Positions 8,902 to 18,535 of a stretch of 64,000 nt of DNA are shown here, one piece after another. The number at the start of each line of letters is the position of its first letter. The first letter of the stretch is position 1. Both the position numbers and the translations under genes were made by a program. This DNA is from Acidobacterium sp. (lineage in GTDB: Bacteria > Acidobacteriota > Terriglobia > Terriglobales > Acidobacteriaceae): assembly GCA_027315385.1 (NCBI GenBank), contig DAHUYD010000034.1:7639-71638 (forward strand). Reading direction: 5' to 3'. The notes beneath the pieces are model-generated. The model did no database searches. It had not been told where the DNA came from and saw only the letters and a list, made by a program, of their open reading frames with translations.

Positions 8902-10622
8902 ATGCGCCTCGAGCCCAACCCGCCGCTCCTTCCCGTGGATTCCTGGGCCGCCGCATTTTCACGACGGATCATCGCGCGCTGGCCATACTGTATTTGCTGC
9001 TCGGCCTGGCTGCCGTCATTGTCGGAACCCTGCTGTCCCTGGTCATCCGCATCCATCGCGTCTGGCCGACTGTGCCATTTCCGCTCTACGGCATCCTTCG
9101 CCCGGAAGACTACCTCGCCGTCGTCACCATGCACGGCACGCTGATGGTTTTCTTTGTCCTCACCGTCGTGCCGCAGAGCGCGTTCCCCAACCTTGTCCTG
9201 CCCGCCCAGATCGGCACGGACCGCATGGCCTTCCCGCGCCTGAATGCGGCGGCCTTCTGGCTCACGCTGGCATCGTTCTGCGTCCTCGTGGCCGCGTTTT
9301 TCGTTCCCCAGGGCGCGCCCATCTCCGGCTGGACCAGTTACCCGCCCCTGAGCGCCATTGCCGCCACCGGTCCCGGCCAGGGCGCGGGAATGGATTGCTG
9401 GCTCTTCGCCATCGGACTCTTCTGCATCGCCGCCGTTGCCTCCTCGGCGAACTTCCTCGCAACCATCCTCGCGCGCCGCGGCCCGGGCATGAGCTTCGGA
9501 CGGCTTCCGCTCACCGTCTGGTCGTGGCTTACCAGTTCCGCGCTCACCGTGATTGCCTTCAGCACGTTGTTCGCGGCTGCGGCGATGTTGTTCGCGGATC
9601 GCCACTGCGGGACCAGCTTTTTTATCCCCGCCAGCGAAGTCATCAGCGGCATCGCCCGCACCGGAGGCGGCGGCTCCCCGTTGCTCTGGCTGCACCTGTT
9701 CTGGTTTTTCGGCCATCCCGAGGTCTATATCTCCATCCTCCCCGGCATGGGCCTTGCCTCCGCGCTGCTGGCGAACTTCACGCGCCGTCCCGTGCTCGGG
9801 TATCGCGTCATGGTCGTTGCTACGTTAACGATCGGTTTCCTCGGTCTCGGCGTCTGGGGCCATCACATGTTTGTCTCCGGAATGAACCCTTACGCGGGAA
9901 CTGCCTTTGGCCTGACCACCATTGCCATTGCCGTGCCCAGCTCCGCCGAAGTGCTCACCTGGCTGGCGATGCTCTTCCGCGGACGCATGCGGTTCACCAC
10001 CCCGATGCTGTTCACGCTGGGCTTCATCTCGTTCTTCATCGCGGGAGGCCTAACCGGACCCATCCTCGCGCAGCCGGCGCTGGACGCCTATCTCCACAAC
10101 ACCTTCTTCGTCGTCGCCCATTTTCATCTGGTGATGGCGATGGCCGGCGTCTTTTCCCTCTTTGCCGGCATCTACTACTGGTACCCGCTGCTTACAGGGC
10201 GGCTGATGAACGAGATGCTCGGCAAGGCACACTTCTGGGTTTCGCTGATCGGGGCGTATGGGACGTTTTTCCCTATGCACTTTGCCGGCCTGGCCGGCGA
10301 ACCGCGGCATTACGCGCAGCTGGCGGGGCCGGTTGAGTCTTTTCCCAGTCTGATCCCGGTGGAGCGAGGCATTACCTTCGCGGCGCTGACGCTGGCCGCG
10401 GCGCAACTCATCTTTCTCTTCAATGTTTTCAGCAGCGCCCGCAAAGGCGTTCGCGCTGGTGAAAATCCCTGGCGCGCCACAACGCACGAATGGTGCCCCG
10501 GAACGCATCCTAGAACCAGGGGCGAGCCGTACCTGTACGGCCCAAATTCGGGAGATACCGAAGATTTCCTCCCGCAGTGGGAACTGGCTCCGCCATATCC
10601 TTCCGGCCTGAAACCGGAGTAA
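8898..10622 (+). CDS. ctaD: cytochrome c oxidase subunit I (haem-copper oxidase, A-type)
   Basis: 574 aa. 'WFFGHPEVYISILPGMG' and 'GHHMFVSGMNP', with 12 or more helices. Confidence 0.95.
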   Translation: MNAPRAQPAAPSRGFLGRRIFTTDHRALAILYLLLGLAAVIVGTLLSLVIRIHRVWPTVPFPLYGILRPEDYLAVVTMHGTLMVFFVLTVVPQSAFPNLVLPAQIGTDRMAFPRLNAAAFWLTLASFCVLVAAFFVPQGAPISGWTSYPPLSAIAATGPGQGAGMDCWLFAIGLFCIAAVASSANFLATILARRGPGMSFGRLPLTVWSWLTSSALTVIAFSTLFAAAAMLFADRHCGTSFFIPASEVISGIARTGGGGSPLLWLHLFWFFGHPEVYISILPGMGLASALLANFTRRPVLGYRVMVVATLTIGFLGLGVWGHHMFVSGMNPYAGTAFGLTTIAIAVPSSAEVLTWLAMLFRGRMRFTTPMLFTLGFISFFIAGGLTGPILAQPALDAYLHNTFFVVAHFHLVMAMAGVFSLFAGIYYWYPLLTGRLMNEMLGKAHFWVSLIGAYGTFFPMHFAGLAGEPRHYAQLAGPVESFPSLIPVERGITFAALTLAAAQLIFLFNVFSSARKGVRAGENPWRATTHEWCPGTHPRTRGEPYLYGPNSGDTEDFLPQWELAPPYPSGLKPE

Positions 10623-10645
10623 GCTACAGATCACCGGAGTGGGCC

Positions 10646-11404
10646 ATGCCAGCCACCTTCACTCGTCATCAGGCCGAAGTCGAAAAACGGGACACCGGGT
10701 ACGGCGGTAAGCCGCCCGTCGACCGGCGGCCGACAGGCGGCGGCGGCGGCGACGACAACTGGGATTCCCATTCGTCTCGCAACAGCGGCCCTCGCGAGCT
10801 CCTGATGCGCTACCGGCTGGCGGTACTTTCCGGCCTTGCTGGCGACTTCGTCTTTTTCGCGGTGCTGGTCAGTGCATTTTTTGTTCGCCCCACCGCCGGC
10901 CATATCGATGCCGGCGCTAACTTCGTCTCCGACTGGCACCCCCTCGCGATTCCGCCCATCCTCTGGATCAACACAGCAATCCTCCTGCTCTCCAGCCTCA
11001 CGATCGAAGTCGCGCGCCGTCAGCTCTTCCACGAGATCGACGTGATGGAAGAATGGCTCGGACTCGGGCGGCCCGCGGTGAAGCGCGCCGCTCCCTGGCT
11101 GCTGGCCACCATCCTCCTCGGCGGACTTTTTCTGACCGGCCAGTGGATCGCCTGGCAGCAACTCTCCGCACAGGGACTCTACTTCGCCACCAACCCCAAC
11201 AGCCACTTCTTCTTCCTGGTGACCGGCGCGCACGCCTTCCACCTGTTCCTGGGACTGTTTGCTCTCGTCTTTGCCTTCGTGGCGGTCTTCCGGTTCAAGC
11301 GGGTCGAGATGCGGCAAATCGCGCTCGATTGCACGTCATGGTACTGGCACGCCATGACTGTCTTCTGGATTTTCCTCTTCATCCTGCTGGTCTGCTATCA
11401 GTAA
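10646..11404 (+). CDS. ctaE: cytochrome c oxidase subunit III family protein
   Basis: ATG at 10646 after GGAGTGGG. Polar N-terminus then five helices. 'WYWHAMTVFWIFLFILL' at the C-terminus is typical of subunit III. Confidence 0.8.
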   Translation: MPATFTRHQAEVEKRDTGYGGKPPVDRRPTGGGGGDDNWDSHSSRNSGPRELLMRYRLAVLSGLAGDFVFFAVLVSAFFVRPTAGHIDAGANFVSDWHPLAIPPILWINTAILLLSSLTIEVARRQLFHEIDVMEEWLGLGRPAVKRAAPWLLATILLGGLFLTGQWIAWQQLSAQGLYFATNPNSHFFFLVTGAHAFHLFLGLFALVFAFVAVFRFKRVEMRQIALDCTSWYWHAMTVFWIFLFILLVCYQ

Positions 11405-11536
11405 AAGCGAGCGATGGCAGCGCGCGATGGCTGCGCGCCCGGATTCAAGTCGCAGGTGCACAATCGTCTTCTCGTCCGGGGAAGGCGCTAATGTTGCCGC
11501 CGGCTACAGCGACTGGAGTTAGACTGGACCAACATC

Positions 11537-12001
11537 ATGCGCTACGTCATTGTTGTTCTGGCTATCGCCGGAATCGTCGTTTCCTCTCTGGCCTTTCAGG
11601 TCCATTACTCGAACAAAGTCCAGCCCTGCGACATTAATTCTCGCTGGGACTGCGGCGTGGTGAATCACAGCTCTTTTTCTACTGTCAACGGCCTCTGGTG
11701 GCATGTGCGAGACGATCTGCATCCCGGCAGCCTGCCGGGGCCAGCGTCCCGAACGGGCTTGCCGGTTGCCGCTGTCGGCATTGCCGGCTATCTTCTCATC
11801 GCGCTCCTGGCTTTGTTCCGCCGGCGCGTCTGGGTGCTTCTTTTCTCCCTCGGCGCTCTCGGATTCGCTCTGTACCTGAGCAACGTTGAGGCTCATGTGC
11901 TCGAAGTGTGGTGCCTGTACTGCGTCATCTCGCAGTGCCTGATCGCGCTCGTGACGCTGCTCGCCGTTGTGTGGCTCTTCCTGCGGCCCCGGCACGCCTG
12001 A
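11537..12001 (+). CDS. vitamin K epoxide reductase (VKOR) family membrane protein, no fused thioredoxin domain
   Basis: 154 aa with about 4 helices. Loop cysteine pair in 'PCDINSRWDC' and the intramembrane CxxC 'WCLYCV'. Confidence 0.7.
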   Translation: MRYVIVVLAIAGIVVSSLAFQVHYSNKVQPCDINSRWDCGVVNHSSFSTVNGLWWHVRDDLHPGSLPGPASRTGLPVAAVGIAGYLLIALLALFRRRVWVLLFSLGALGFALYLSNVEAHVLEVWCLYCVISQCLIALVTLLAVVWLFLRPRHA

Positions 12002-12043
12002 CGAGCCCCCGGGACGTATCATCGACTCACACGCCTGCCTGTC

Positions 12044-13711
12044 ATGGACCGCACCCCGCGCAATCTCGTTCGCTGGCTTTTCGCCGGCGAGGCCGGCCCG
12101 CGGAACCGTTTCGTGCCGCGCTGGTTCTTCCTGCGCGCCCTGGCCGCAATTTACTTCTCAGCGTTTCTCGCCCTCGTTTTCCAGACGCGGGGACTGATCG
12201 GGCCGGACGGCATTCTGCCGGCTGGCCAGTTACTGGACTCGCTGTCCGGCGCGGGGCTGGAGCGCTTCTGGTATGTTCCGTCGCTGTTCTGGATCTCCTC
12301 CAGCTCCTCCTGGATGATGGCCGTCGTCTGGATCGGGCTGGCCGCTTCCATCGCCGCTTTCGTGAACCTGTGGCCGCGCTTCACCTTTCTGATCTGCTTT
12401 GTCTGCTTCCTCTCATGGGTTGCCGCCGCAACCACCTTCTCCGAGTACCAGTCCGACGGCATGCTGCTGGAGGCCGGCTTTCTCGCCCTTTTCTTCCTGC
12501 CCCGCGGCTTCTGGCCCGGCTGGGGCACGGATTCTCCGCCGCGACGAGCCGCGCTCTTCCTCCTCCTCTGGGAGTGGTTCCGCATCTACTTCGAATCCGG
12601 CCTGGTCAAGCTGCTCTCGGGCGACTCCGAATGGCGCCACCTCACCGCGATGGATCACTACTACCAGAATGGTCCCCTTCCCACGTGGATCGGCTACTAC
12701 GTCCAGCACCTTCCTCACTGGTTTCAGGCCGGAGCCGCAGCCGGCACGCTGGTCATGGAGCTGGGCGTCGTTTGGATGCTCTTTTTGCCGCGCCGTTTCC
12801 GCCTCATTCTGTTCTTCATCGTCACCCCCTGGGAAATCGGCGTCATCCTCACCGCGAACTACGCGTTCCTGAACTACCTGGTCCTGGTCCTCGGCTTCCT
12901 CCTGCTCGACGACCGCAGCGTTCGTTGGCTCGTTCCGCGCCGCTTCCGCCATTCTCTCGACGCGGCCGCCGCCGCTACCGCTGAACCCGCGCCTGGCGCT
13001 GAACCCGTGCTCTCCATCCTCAGCAGCGAACCAGCCGCGGCTCCGGAGATGTCGCCGCGGGATGCGCGCGGCTGGCGGGGCCACCTGCGCGCTCTGCGCC
13101 TTGCCGTGGCCGCTGTGCTGCTGCTTTGGATCGCCTATGACACCGCGGCTGAGCTGGCGATGCTTCCGTGGCATGATTTTCCTCTCTTCACGACTCCCAT
13201 CGAAGCGCTGGAACCCTTCCGCATCGCCAACCAATACGGACTGTTCGCGGTGATGACGCGGGGGCGCTATGAGGTGGAATTCCAGGGGTCGAACGACGGA
13301 TCAGCCTGGAAGCCATACCCCTTTTGCCACAAGCCCCAGGCGCTGGATCGGGCGCCCGGCATATACGCGCCGTACCAGCCGCGCTTCGACTGGAATCTGT
13401 GGTTCGCCTCGCTGACCGGCTGGGAGCAGGGCCAGGGCCGCATTGTCCCCATCACCGAGGAAAAGCTCCTGCTGGGCGATCCCGCCGTGCTCTCGCTGTT
13501 CTGCGGCAATCCTTTCCCCGTTCAGCCGCCGAAATACATCCGCGCGGTGCTCTGGCAATACTGGTTCACCACGCTCCAGGAGAAGCGTGCCACGGGCGAC
13601 TGGTGGCGTCGCGAGCTGGTCGGGCTCTATGGTCCGGAGATCAGCGTCGCTCCGGACGGCAGGATCGGCGTGGTGCAGTGGCCTGAGGCGCTTCCACCTC
13701 CGCACGAGTGA
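12044..13711 (+). CDS. lipase maturation factor (LMF1/DUF1222)-like polytopic membrane protein
   Basis: 555 aa. N-terminus 'RWFFLRALAAIYFSAFLALVFQTRGLIGPDGILPA' resembles LMF-family proteins. Has an Ala/Pro-rich linker and a C-terminal soluble-looking domain. The family call needs HMM confirmation; the related HTTM family is an alternative. Confidence 0.55.
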   Translation: MDRTPRNLVRWLFAGEAGPRNRFVPRWFFLRALAAIYFSAFLALVFQTRGLIGPDGILPAGQLLDSLSGAGLERFWYVPSLFWISSSSSWMMAVVWIGLAASIAAFVNLWPRFTFLICFVCFLSWVAAATTFSEYQSDGMLLEAGFLALFFLPRGFWPGWGTDSPPRRAALFLLLWEWFRIYFESGLVKLLSGDSEWRHLTAMDHYYQNGPLPTWIGYYVQHLPHWFQAGAAAGTLVMELGVVWMLFLPRRFRLILFFIVTPWEIGVILTANYAFLNYLVLVLGFLLLDDRSVRWLVPRRFRHSLDAAAAATAEPAPGAEPVLSILSSEPAAAPEMSPRDARGWRGHLRALRLAVAAVLLLWIAYDTAAELAMLPWHDFPLFTTPIEALEPFRIANQYGLFAVMTRGRYEVEFQGSNDGSAWKPYPFCHKPQALDRAPGIYAPYQPRFDWNLWFASLTGWEQGQGRIVPITEEKLLLGDPAVLSLFCGNPFPVQPPKYIRAVLWQYWFTTLQEKRATGDWWRRELVGLYGPEISVAPDGRIGVVQWPEALPPPHE

Positions 13712-13762
13712 ATCAGCGGCCGGCCCCTATACCCTGTCCACGGCACCTTGTACCCTATAGCC

Positions 13763-15046
13763 ATGCCAGATTTCATGTCCCAGCCGCTCTCCGTTGCCGA
13801 CCCCGAAGTCGCCGCCGCCATTGACGCCGAAGTTCGCCGCCAGCACGACGGTCTGGAGATGATCGCCTCGGAGAACTTTGTGAGCCGCGCTGTGCTCGAG
13901 GCGGCAGGGACTGTGTTCACCAATAAATACGCCGAGGGCTACCCCGGCCGCCGCTACTATGGCGGCTGCGAATACGCCGACGTGGTCGAGAACCTGGCGC
14001 GCGATCGCGCCAAACAGATCTTCGGCGCCGAGCATGCCAACGTGCAACCCCACTCCGGCTCGCAGGCCAATGCCGCCGCCTATATGGCTGTGCTGCAACC
14101 CGGCGACACTATCCTCGGCCTCGATCTGGCCATGGGCGGGCACCTCACGCACGGCCACAAGCTGAACTTCTCCGGCAAGCTTTATCACGTGGTCTCCTAC
14201 GGCGTTCGGAAGGACACCGAAACGATCGACTACGACGAACTGGAGAAAACTGCTCTGCGGGAAAAACCTAAAGTGATCGTTGGAGGCGGCAGCGCCTATC
14301 CGCGGCACTTCGATTTTCCCCGCATGCGCGAAATTGCCGACAAAGCCGCGGCCATCCTCATTGTGGATATGGCGCACTTTGCGGGTCTCGTCGCTGGCGG
14401 CGTTCATCCTTCGCCTGTTCCGCACGCTCAGATCGTCACCACCACAACGCATAAGACCCTTCGCGGACCGCGCGCCGGGCTCGTCCTCTGCCGGCAGGAG
14501 CACGCCGCGGCCGTCGACAAGGCCGTGTTCCCCGGCCAGCAGGGGGGACCGCTCGTGCACATCGTCGCCGCCAAAGCCGTGGCTTTCGGCGAGGTTCTTC
14601 GGCCCGGCTTCCGCGAATACGCCGCGCAGATCGTCGCCAACGCGCAGGTGCTCGCCGAAACCCTGGCAAATGCGGGATACCGAATCGTCTCCGGCGGCAC
14701 CGACACGCACCTGATGCTCGTCGATGTCTTTGCCAAAGGCATGCTGGGCAGCGAAGCCGAGACCGCCCTCCACAAAGCCGGCATCACGGTCAACAAAAAC
14801 GCCATTCCCTTCGACACGAATCCGCCGCTCAAGCCTTCGGGCATCCGCATCGGAACCCCGGCGCTCACCACCCGCGGCATGAAAGAGAAGGAAATGCAGC
14901 TCATCGGCGGCTGGATCGCCTTCGTGCTGGACAACCGCGGCAATTCCGCGGCCCTGGCTAAGATTCGCGGTCAGGTCCTCGAGCTCGCCGAGCAGTTCCC
15001 GCTCTACGGCTGGCTGCGCGAGCCGACGGCCGTCGGGCGCCAGTAG
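13763..15046 (+). CDS. glyA: serine hydroxymethyltransferase
   Basis: 'LEMIASENF', '[15 protein letters not shown]' and the PLP-lysine region '[14 protein letters not shown]'. The first ATG is at 13763; the track start 13748 is TTG. Confidence 0.95.
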   Translation: MPDFMSQPLSVADPEVAAAIDAEVRRQHDGLEMIASENFVSRAVLEAAGTVFTNKYAEGYPGRRYYGGCEYADVVENLARDRAKQIFGAEHANVQPHSGSQANAAAYMAVLQPGDTILGLDLAMGGHLTHGHKLNFSGKLYHVVSYGVRKDTETIDYDELEKTALREKPKVIVGGGSAYPRHFDFPRMREIADKAAAILIVDMAHFAGLVAGGVHPSPVPHAQIVTTTTHKTLRGPRAGLVLCRQEHAAAVDKAVFPGQQGGPLVHIVAAKAVAFGEVLRPGFREYAAQIVANAQVLAETLANAGYRIVSGGTDTHLMLVDVFAKGMLGSEAETALHKAGITVNKNAIPFDTNPPLKPSGIRIGTPALTTRGMKEKEMQLIGGWIAFVLDNRGNSAALAKIRGQVLELAEQFPLYGWLREPTAVGRQ

Positions 15047-15469
15047 TCCACACCGCCCTCGAAGGGCATCCGCAACGCCATTTTGTAAACCACACGCCAG
15101 GCCTTCCGCGTGTGCCCGCGTGCGGGCCTCGCCTCCCTCTGCCGGTCTCCTGCCGTCCTTCCGCACTTCGCACTCCGGCGAAGCCCGTCGCGAGATATCT
15201 CTCCAATTCCCACAGTGCGAGCCGTTGTTTTAACCGGAGATTCACGCGGTTAACACGGCGTTGATCGGGCTGCAATATTGCCGACGACATAATTTGATTC
15301 GATTCCCCTATAGCTGCGGAGTTCCGCTCCGGCCCGAATTATCCCAGCCGGGAGTGTCATGAAGCGAATATAGGCAGAAGGGCGAGAGCTTGCCCTGGTG
15401 GTCCCGCATGGAGCGGATGCGGCGCGCTTCAACGCCGGTGTTCCAAAAACCTATCGATGGAGAGAGCTT

Positions 15470-18208
15470 ATGAGGCGAGTTCTGCTGGTGACGTATATCC
15501 TGATTGCGGGCTGTCCGGCATTTGCCGGCAGCGTTTGCCAGGCCCAAAACACAACCGAGATTCACGGGAAGGTGGTCGACAGCACCGGAGCCGCGATTCC
15601 CCATGCAGCCGTCACCCTGACGGACCTCACCACCAATACCTCGGTAAACACGACAAGCGGAGCAGACGGGGGGTTCGCTTTCCAGCAGGTGTCGCTTCAT
15701 CCCCACCTTATCTCAGTAGTGAAGTCCGGATTTGAGAACTTCACACAGCGAGTAGCTCCGGCAGCACAGCTAATGAATCTCGTCGCCACCATGCGGGTAG
15801 CTCAGTTGTCGCAGAGCGTGACCGTAAAGGGCACCGTGAATCCCGAGGCCAGCCCCGCGCCCAGCCGCGAAGACGTGATGATGAAGCCTCACACCCTGGT
15901 GGTGCTTGACCGGAAAATGCTGGAGTCCGCCGGGCCTGTCGCCGGCGGCGCCCAGATGATCCAATCGCTGCCGGGCGCCAATGTCTTCGGCTATGGTGAA
16001 ACCGGGTCCACGAAATACTCCATCATCCTGAACGGGATCCAGCAGGGCTGGGCAGGCGAGGCCACCGGCTTCACTGGCACGGGCTCCCTCGGCGTCACCT
16101 ATGACGGCATTCCCGTTGTCGATCCCGCCACCGGCCTCTGGCAGTCCGCCACAATGCCCCAGAACCTGGTGATCCAGGACGTTGCCGCGACCTACGGACC
16201 GGGTGAGCCTATGAACCGCTGGTACAGCGACGTGGGCGGACGCGTGGAGTTCACGCCCGTTCAGCCCACCGTGGAGCGCCACCTGAGCCTGCAGGGCACG
16301 CAGGGACCCTACGGCACCCAGAACTTCGCTCTCGTTGGCAGCACGGGGATGTTCACAAGCTGGTCCACCGTCGTCGGCGGCGGGCTCGGACGCGGCTCCA
16401 GCTTCCGAGTAGGTCCCGACGGCTTCGCCAACCCTGGCAAGAACGGCTCCGCCTACGGAAAATCTCTTAAGACGTTTTCGGCGGGCAGTATCGCCCTCGG
16501 CGTCTTCTATGCCGATGCCGGCGGTTATCGTCCCACCACCATTCCCACGACCGATATTGGCCTTCTGGTGCCGAACAACGATGGCACCTTCAATCCCGAC
16601 GGCGCCCACTTCAGCCAGGCGACCAGCGGCTTCTACAGCACACTGCCCTATGCCGGTTACAACAAATACGATACCAACGCCATGTTCATGACCTACGGAC
16701 GCGAACACTTATTCCTCAGCCCGAAGGCCACGCTGCGCAACACCACGTGGTACACCCATATTCGGCGCTTCCACCGCCGCAACGACGATGCTCTCAGCCA
16801 GGGCTCGCAGGTCGACGAGTGGAATAATCCCCACAGCAACATCTTTGGCGACGAAGCGGGGTTCACGCAGGTCCTTCCGTTCAACACCATCGACATCGGC
16901 GGCTATTTGCTGCACGAGATCTACAACTCGCACAACCTCTTCTACAATCCAGGCACACCCTACTTCGGAAGCGGCTCGCAACAGATCGTCGGCATCGGAT
17001 CGAAGTACCGTTCCGGCTACTTTGAGCAGGACGATGTCGCCTTTTACGCCCAGGACGACATCCATCCCATCCCGCAGATTCACATCATCCCCGGGCTTGC
17101 CGTGAACGGCTTCTCCACGGCCTACAGCGATCAGGCGGCTCGCGATTTTACTCTCGCCGCCGGGGTAGTCCCATCCACCCACTGCTCGCTGTATCCCAAA
17201 GGTTCCGATCCCTACAACAACCTCTTCGGCCCTCCCAACGCCACAGATCAGGGCTCGATCTGCGGAGCGCACGAGAGCCGCTCCGCGGTGTCGCCCTCCA
17301 TTGACGTCTCTGTAACACCCAAAGAATGGCTCACCCTCTATGGCGACTATGACGTCACCAATCGCTCGCCCGAGTTCGGCGGCGGCGGCGGCCTCTTCCA
17401 GAAGGTCAACCCCCAGTACTACATTCTGTCGGAAGGCAAGTACGGCCAGTTCGGCGCCAAGGTGCATTTCACTCATGCACCGGGCCTGGGTAACTTCATC
17501 GCCGGCGTCGATTATTACCACCTCGACTACAACAACCAGGAGATCGACGTGGAAACGGCCACTGGTATCGAGGAAACCAGCGGCGGTAACACCACTTACC
17601 ACGGCGTAGATGCCTTCTTCAATTCCAACCCGCGCAGTAACATCAACTTCTTCGTGAATTTCGCGGGCGAAGCTTCCGACTACAGCACTTATGTCACCGG
17701 CGGCACCATTGCCGAGTGCGGTACCAGCTCGAATCCCAACGGCATCGCGAACGGCTGCCAGTACTACAACAACCTTCCCGTTTCATATACCCCGGACGCC
17801 ACATTCAATGCGGGCGTCTACTATGGAATCCAGCGCCACGGCCAGGAGATTCTCGAACCGCGGTTCTTCCTGCAGTCCACCAGTTCGCAGCACCTGTGGT
17901 CGAACTGCGGAACCATCCTGAGCGGCGTGTGCCAGGATAACGGTGGCCCGGTGACACAGACCATGCCGGCTTATACGACTGCGAACCTCTCCTTTCTGGC
18001 TCCCATTCGCTTCGAGAAGCAGGCGGTACATCTGCAGCTCGACATCATGAACCTGGCCAATTCTCAGTACAACGAGTTCCAGTACGTCTCCAGCGGCGGC
18101 TACTTCCAGCCTCTCTTCCCGAACTCCAGCACCTTTCCCCAGGGATACGTCAACGCCTATCCGGGAGCGCCGCGCGCGGTCTTCGGCACCATCGCCTATC
18201 AGTTCTGA
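15470..18208 (+). CDS. TonB-dependent outer-membrane receptor with N-terminal CarboxypepD_reg-like domain
   Basis: ATG at 15470 after GGAGAGAG. Signal peptide, then 'EIHGKVVDSTGAAIPHAAVTLTDLTTNTSVNTTSGADGGFAF' (carboxypeptidase-regulatory fold). Long beta-rich body ending in an aromatic residue ('AYQF'). Confidence 0.8.
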   Translation: MRRVLLVTYILIAGCPAFAGSVCQAQNTTEIHGKVVDSTGAAIPHAAVTLTDLTTNTSVNTTSGADGGFAFQQVSLHPHLISVVKSGFENFTQRVAPAAQLMNLVATMRVAQLSQSVTVKGTVNPEASPAPSREDVMMKPHTLVVLDRKMLESAGPVAGGAQMIQSLPGANVFGYGETGSTKYSIILNGIQQGWAGEATGFTGTGSLGVTYDGIPVVDPATGLWQSATMPQNLVIQDVAATYGPGEPMNRWYSDVGGRVEFTPVQPTVERHLSLQGTQGPYGTQNFALVGSTGMFTSWSTVVGGGLGRGSSFRVGPDGFANPGKNGSAYGKSLKTFSAGSIALGVFYADAGGYRPTTIPTTDIGLLVPNNDGTFNPDGAHFSQATSGFYSTLPYAGYNKYDTNAMFMTYGREHLFLSPKATLRNTTWYTHIRRFHRRNDDALSQGSQVDEWNNPHSNIFGDEAGFTQVLPFNTIDIGGYLLHEIYNSHNLFYNPGTPYFGSGSQQIVGIGSKYRSGYFEQDDVAFYAQDDIHPIPQIHIIPGLAVNGFSTAYSDQAARDFTLAAGVVPSTHCSLYPKGSDPYNNLFGPPNATDQGSICGAHESRSAVSPSIDVSVTPKEWLTLYGDYDVTNRSPEFGGGGGLFQKVNPQYYILSEGKYGQFGAKVHFTHAPGLGNFIAGVDYYHLDYNNQEIDVETATGIEETSGGNTTYHGVDAFFNSNPRSNINFFVNFAGEASDYSTYVTGGTIAECGTSSNPNGIANGCQYYNNLPVSYTPDATFNAGVYYGIQRHGQEILEPRFFLQSTSSQHLWSNCGTILSGVCQDNGGPVTQTMPAYTTANLSFLAPIRFEKQAVHLQLDIMNLANSQYNEFQYVSSGGYFQPLFPNSSTFPQGYVNAYPGAPRAVFGTIAYQF

Positions 18209-18250
18209 TCGTGCAGCCAATCGGACCTGGGTCCTCCAGTTCCGGAGAAT

Positions 18251-18280
18251 AAGAGGGGCGTCCCCCGGGAGGCCCCTCTT
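18251..18280 (+). terminator. GC-rich hairpin downstream of the TonB receptor gene
   Basis: AAGAGGGGCGTCCC-CC-GGGAGGCCCCTCTT, about a 13-bp stem with one mismatch region, 43 nt after the stop. Only a weak T tract follows (AACTTTG). Confidence 0.45.
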
Positions 18281-18535
18281 AACTTTGCCGGCGGCGGGAG
18301 AGCCGTAACTCGCGCGGTTCGTCCCCCGAAAGTGGAATGTAACAGAGGCTTTAGCCTGCTATAGTCCGGTTTAGATTCAGGCAGTGCCAGGAAAGCTCCC
18401 TCGCACGGCGCCCGTTGCTTTGCGCCTCTTCCCCCCTGGGCCCATGGCGATGCGGGGCTTTGCAATGGTGTGCTTCCGGATGCGTCAGCCGGGCGGCCTC
18501 GTAGTTCCTTTGTATTCCGTAGGGCGGTGATCGTC

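Noticed and set aside
8864-10336. 490-aa ORF overlapping ctaD in another frame
   Set aside because: Its composition is Arg/Pro/His-rich, and the ctaD frame carries all the haem-copper oxidase motifs.
15270-15325. Possible dif-like Xer site in the AT-rich patch
   Set aside because: It shows only a vague resemblance ('CGACATAAT') to one arm of the dif consensus. There is no matching second arm, and the site is far from xerCD.
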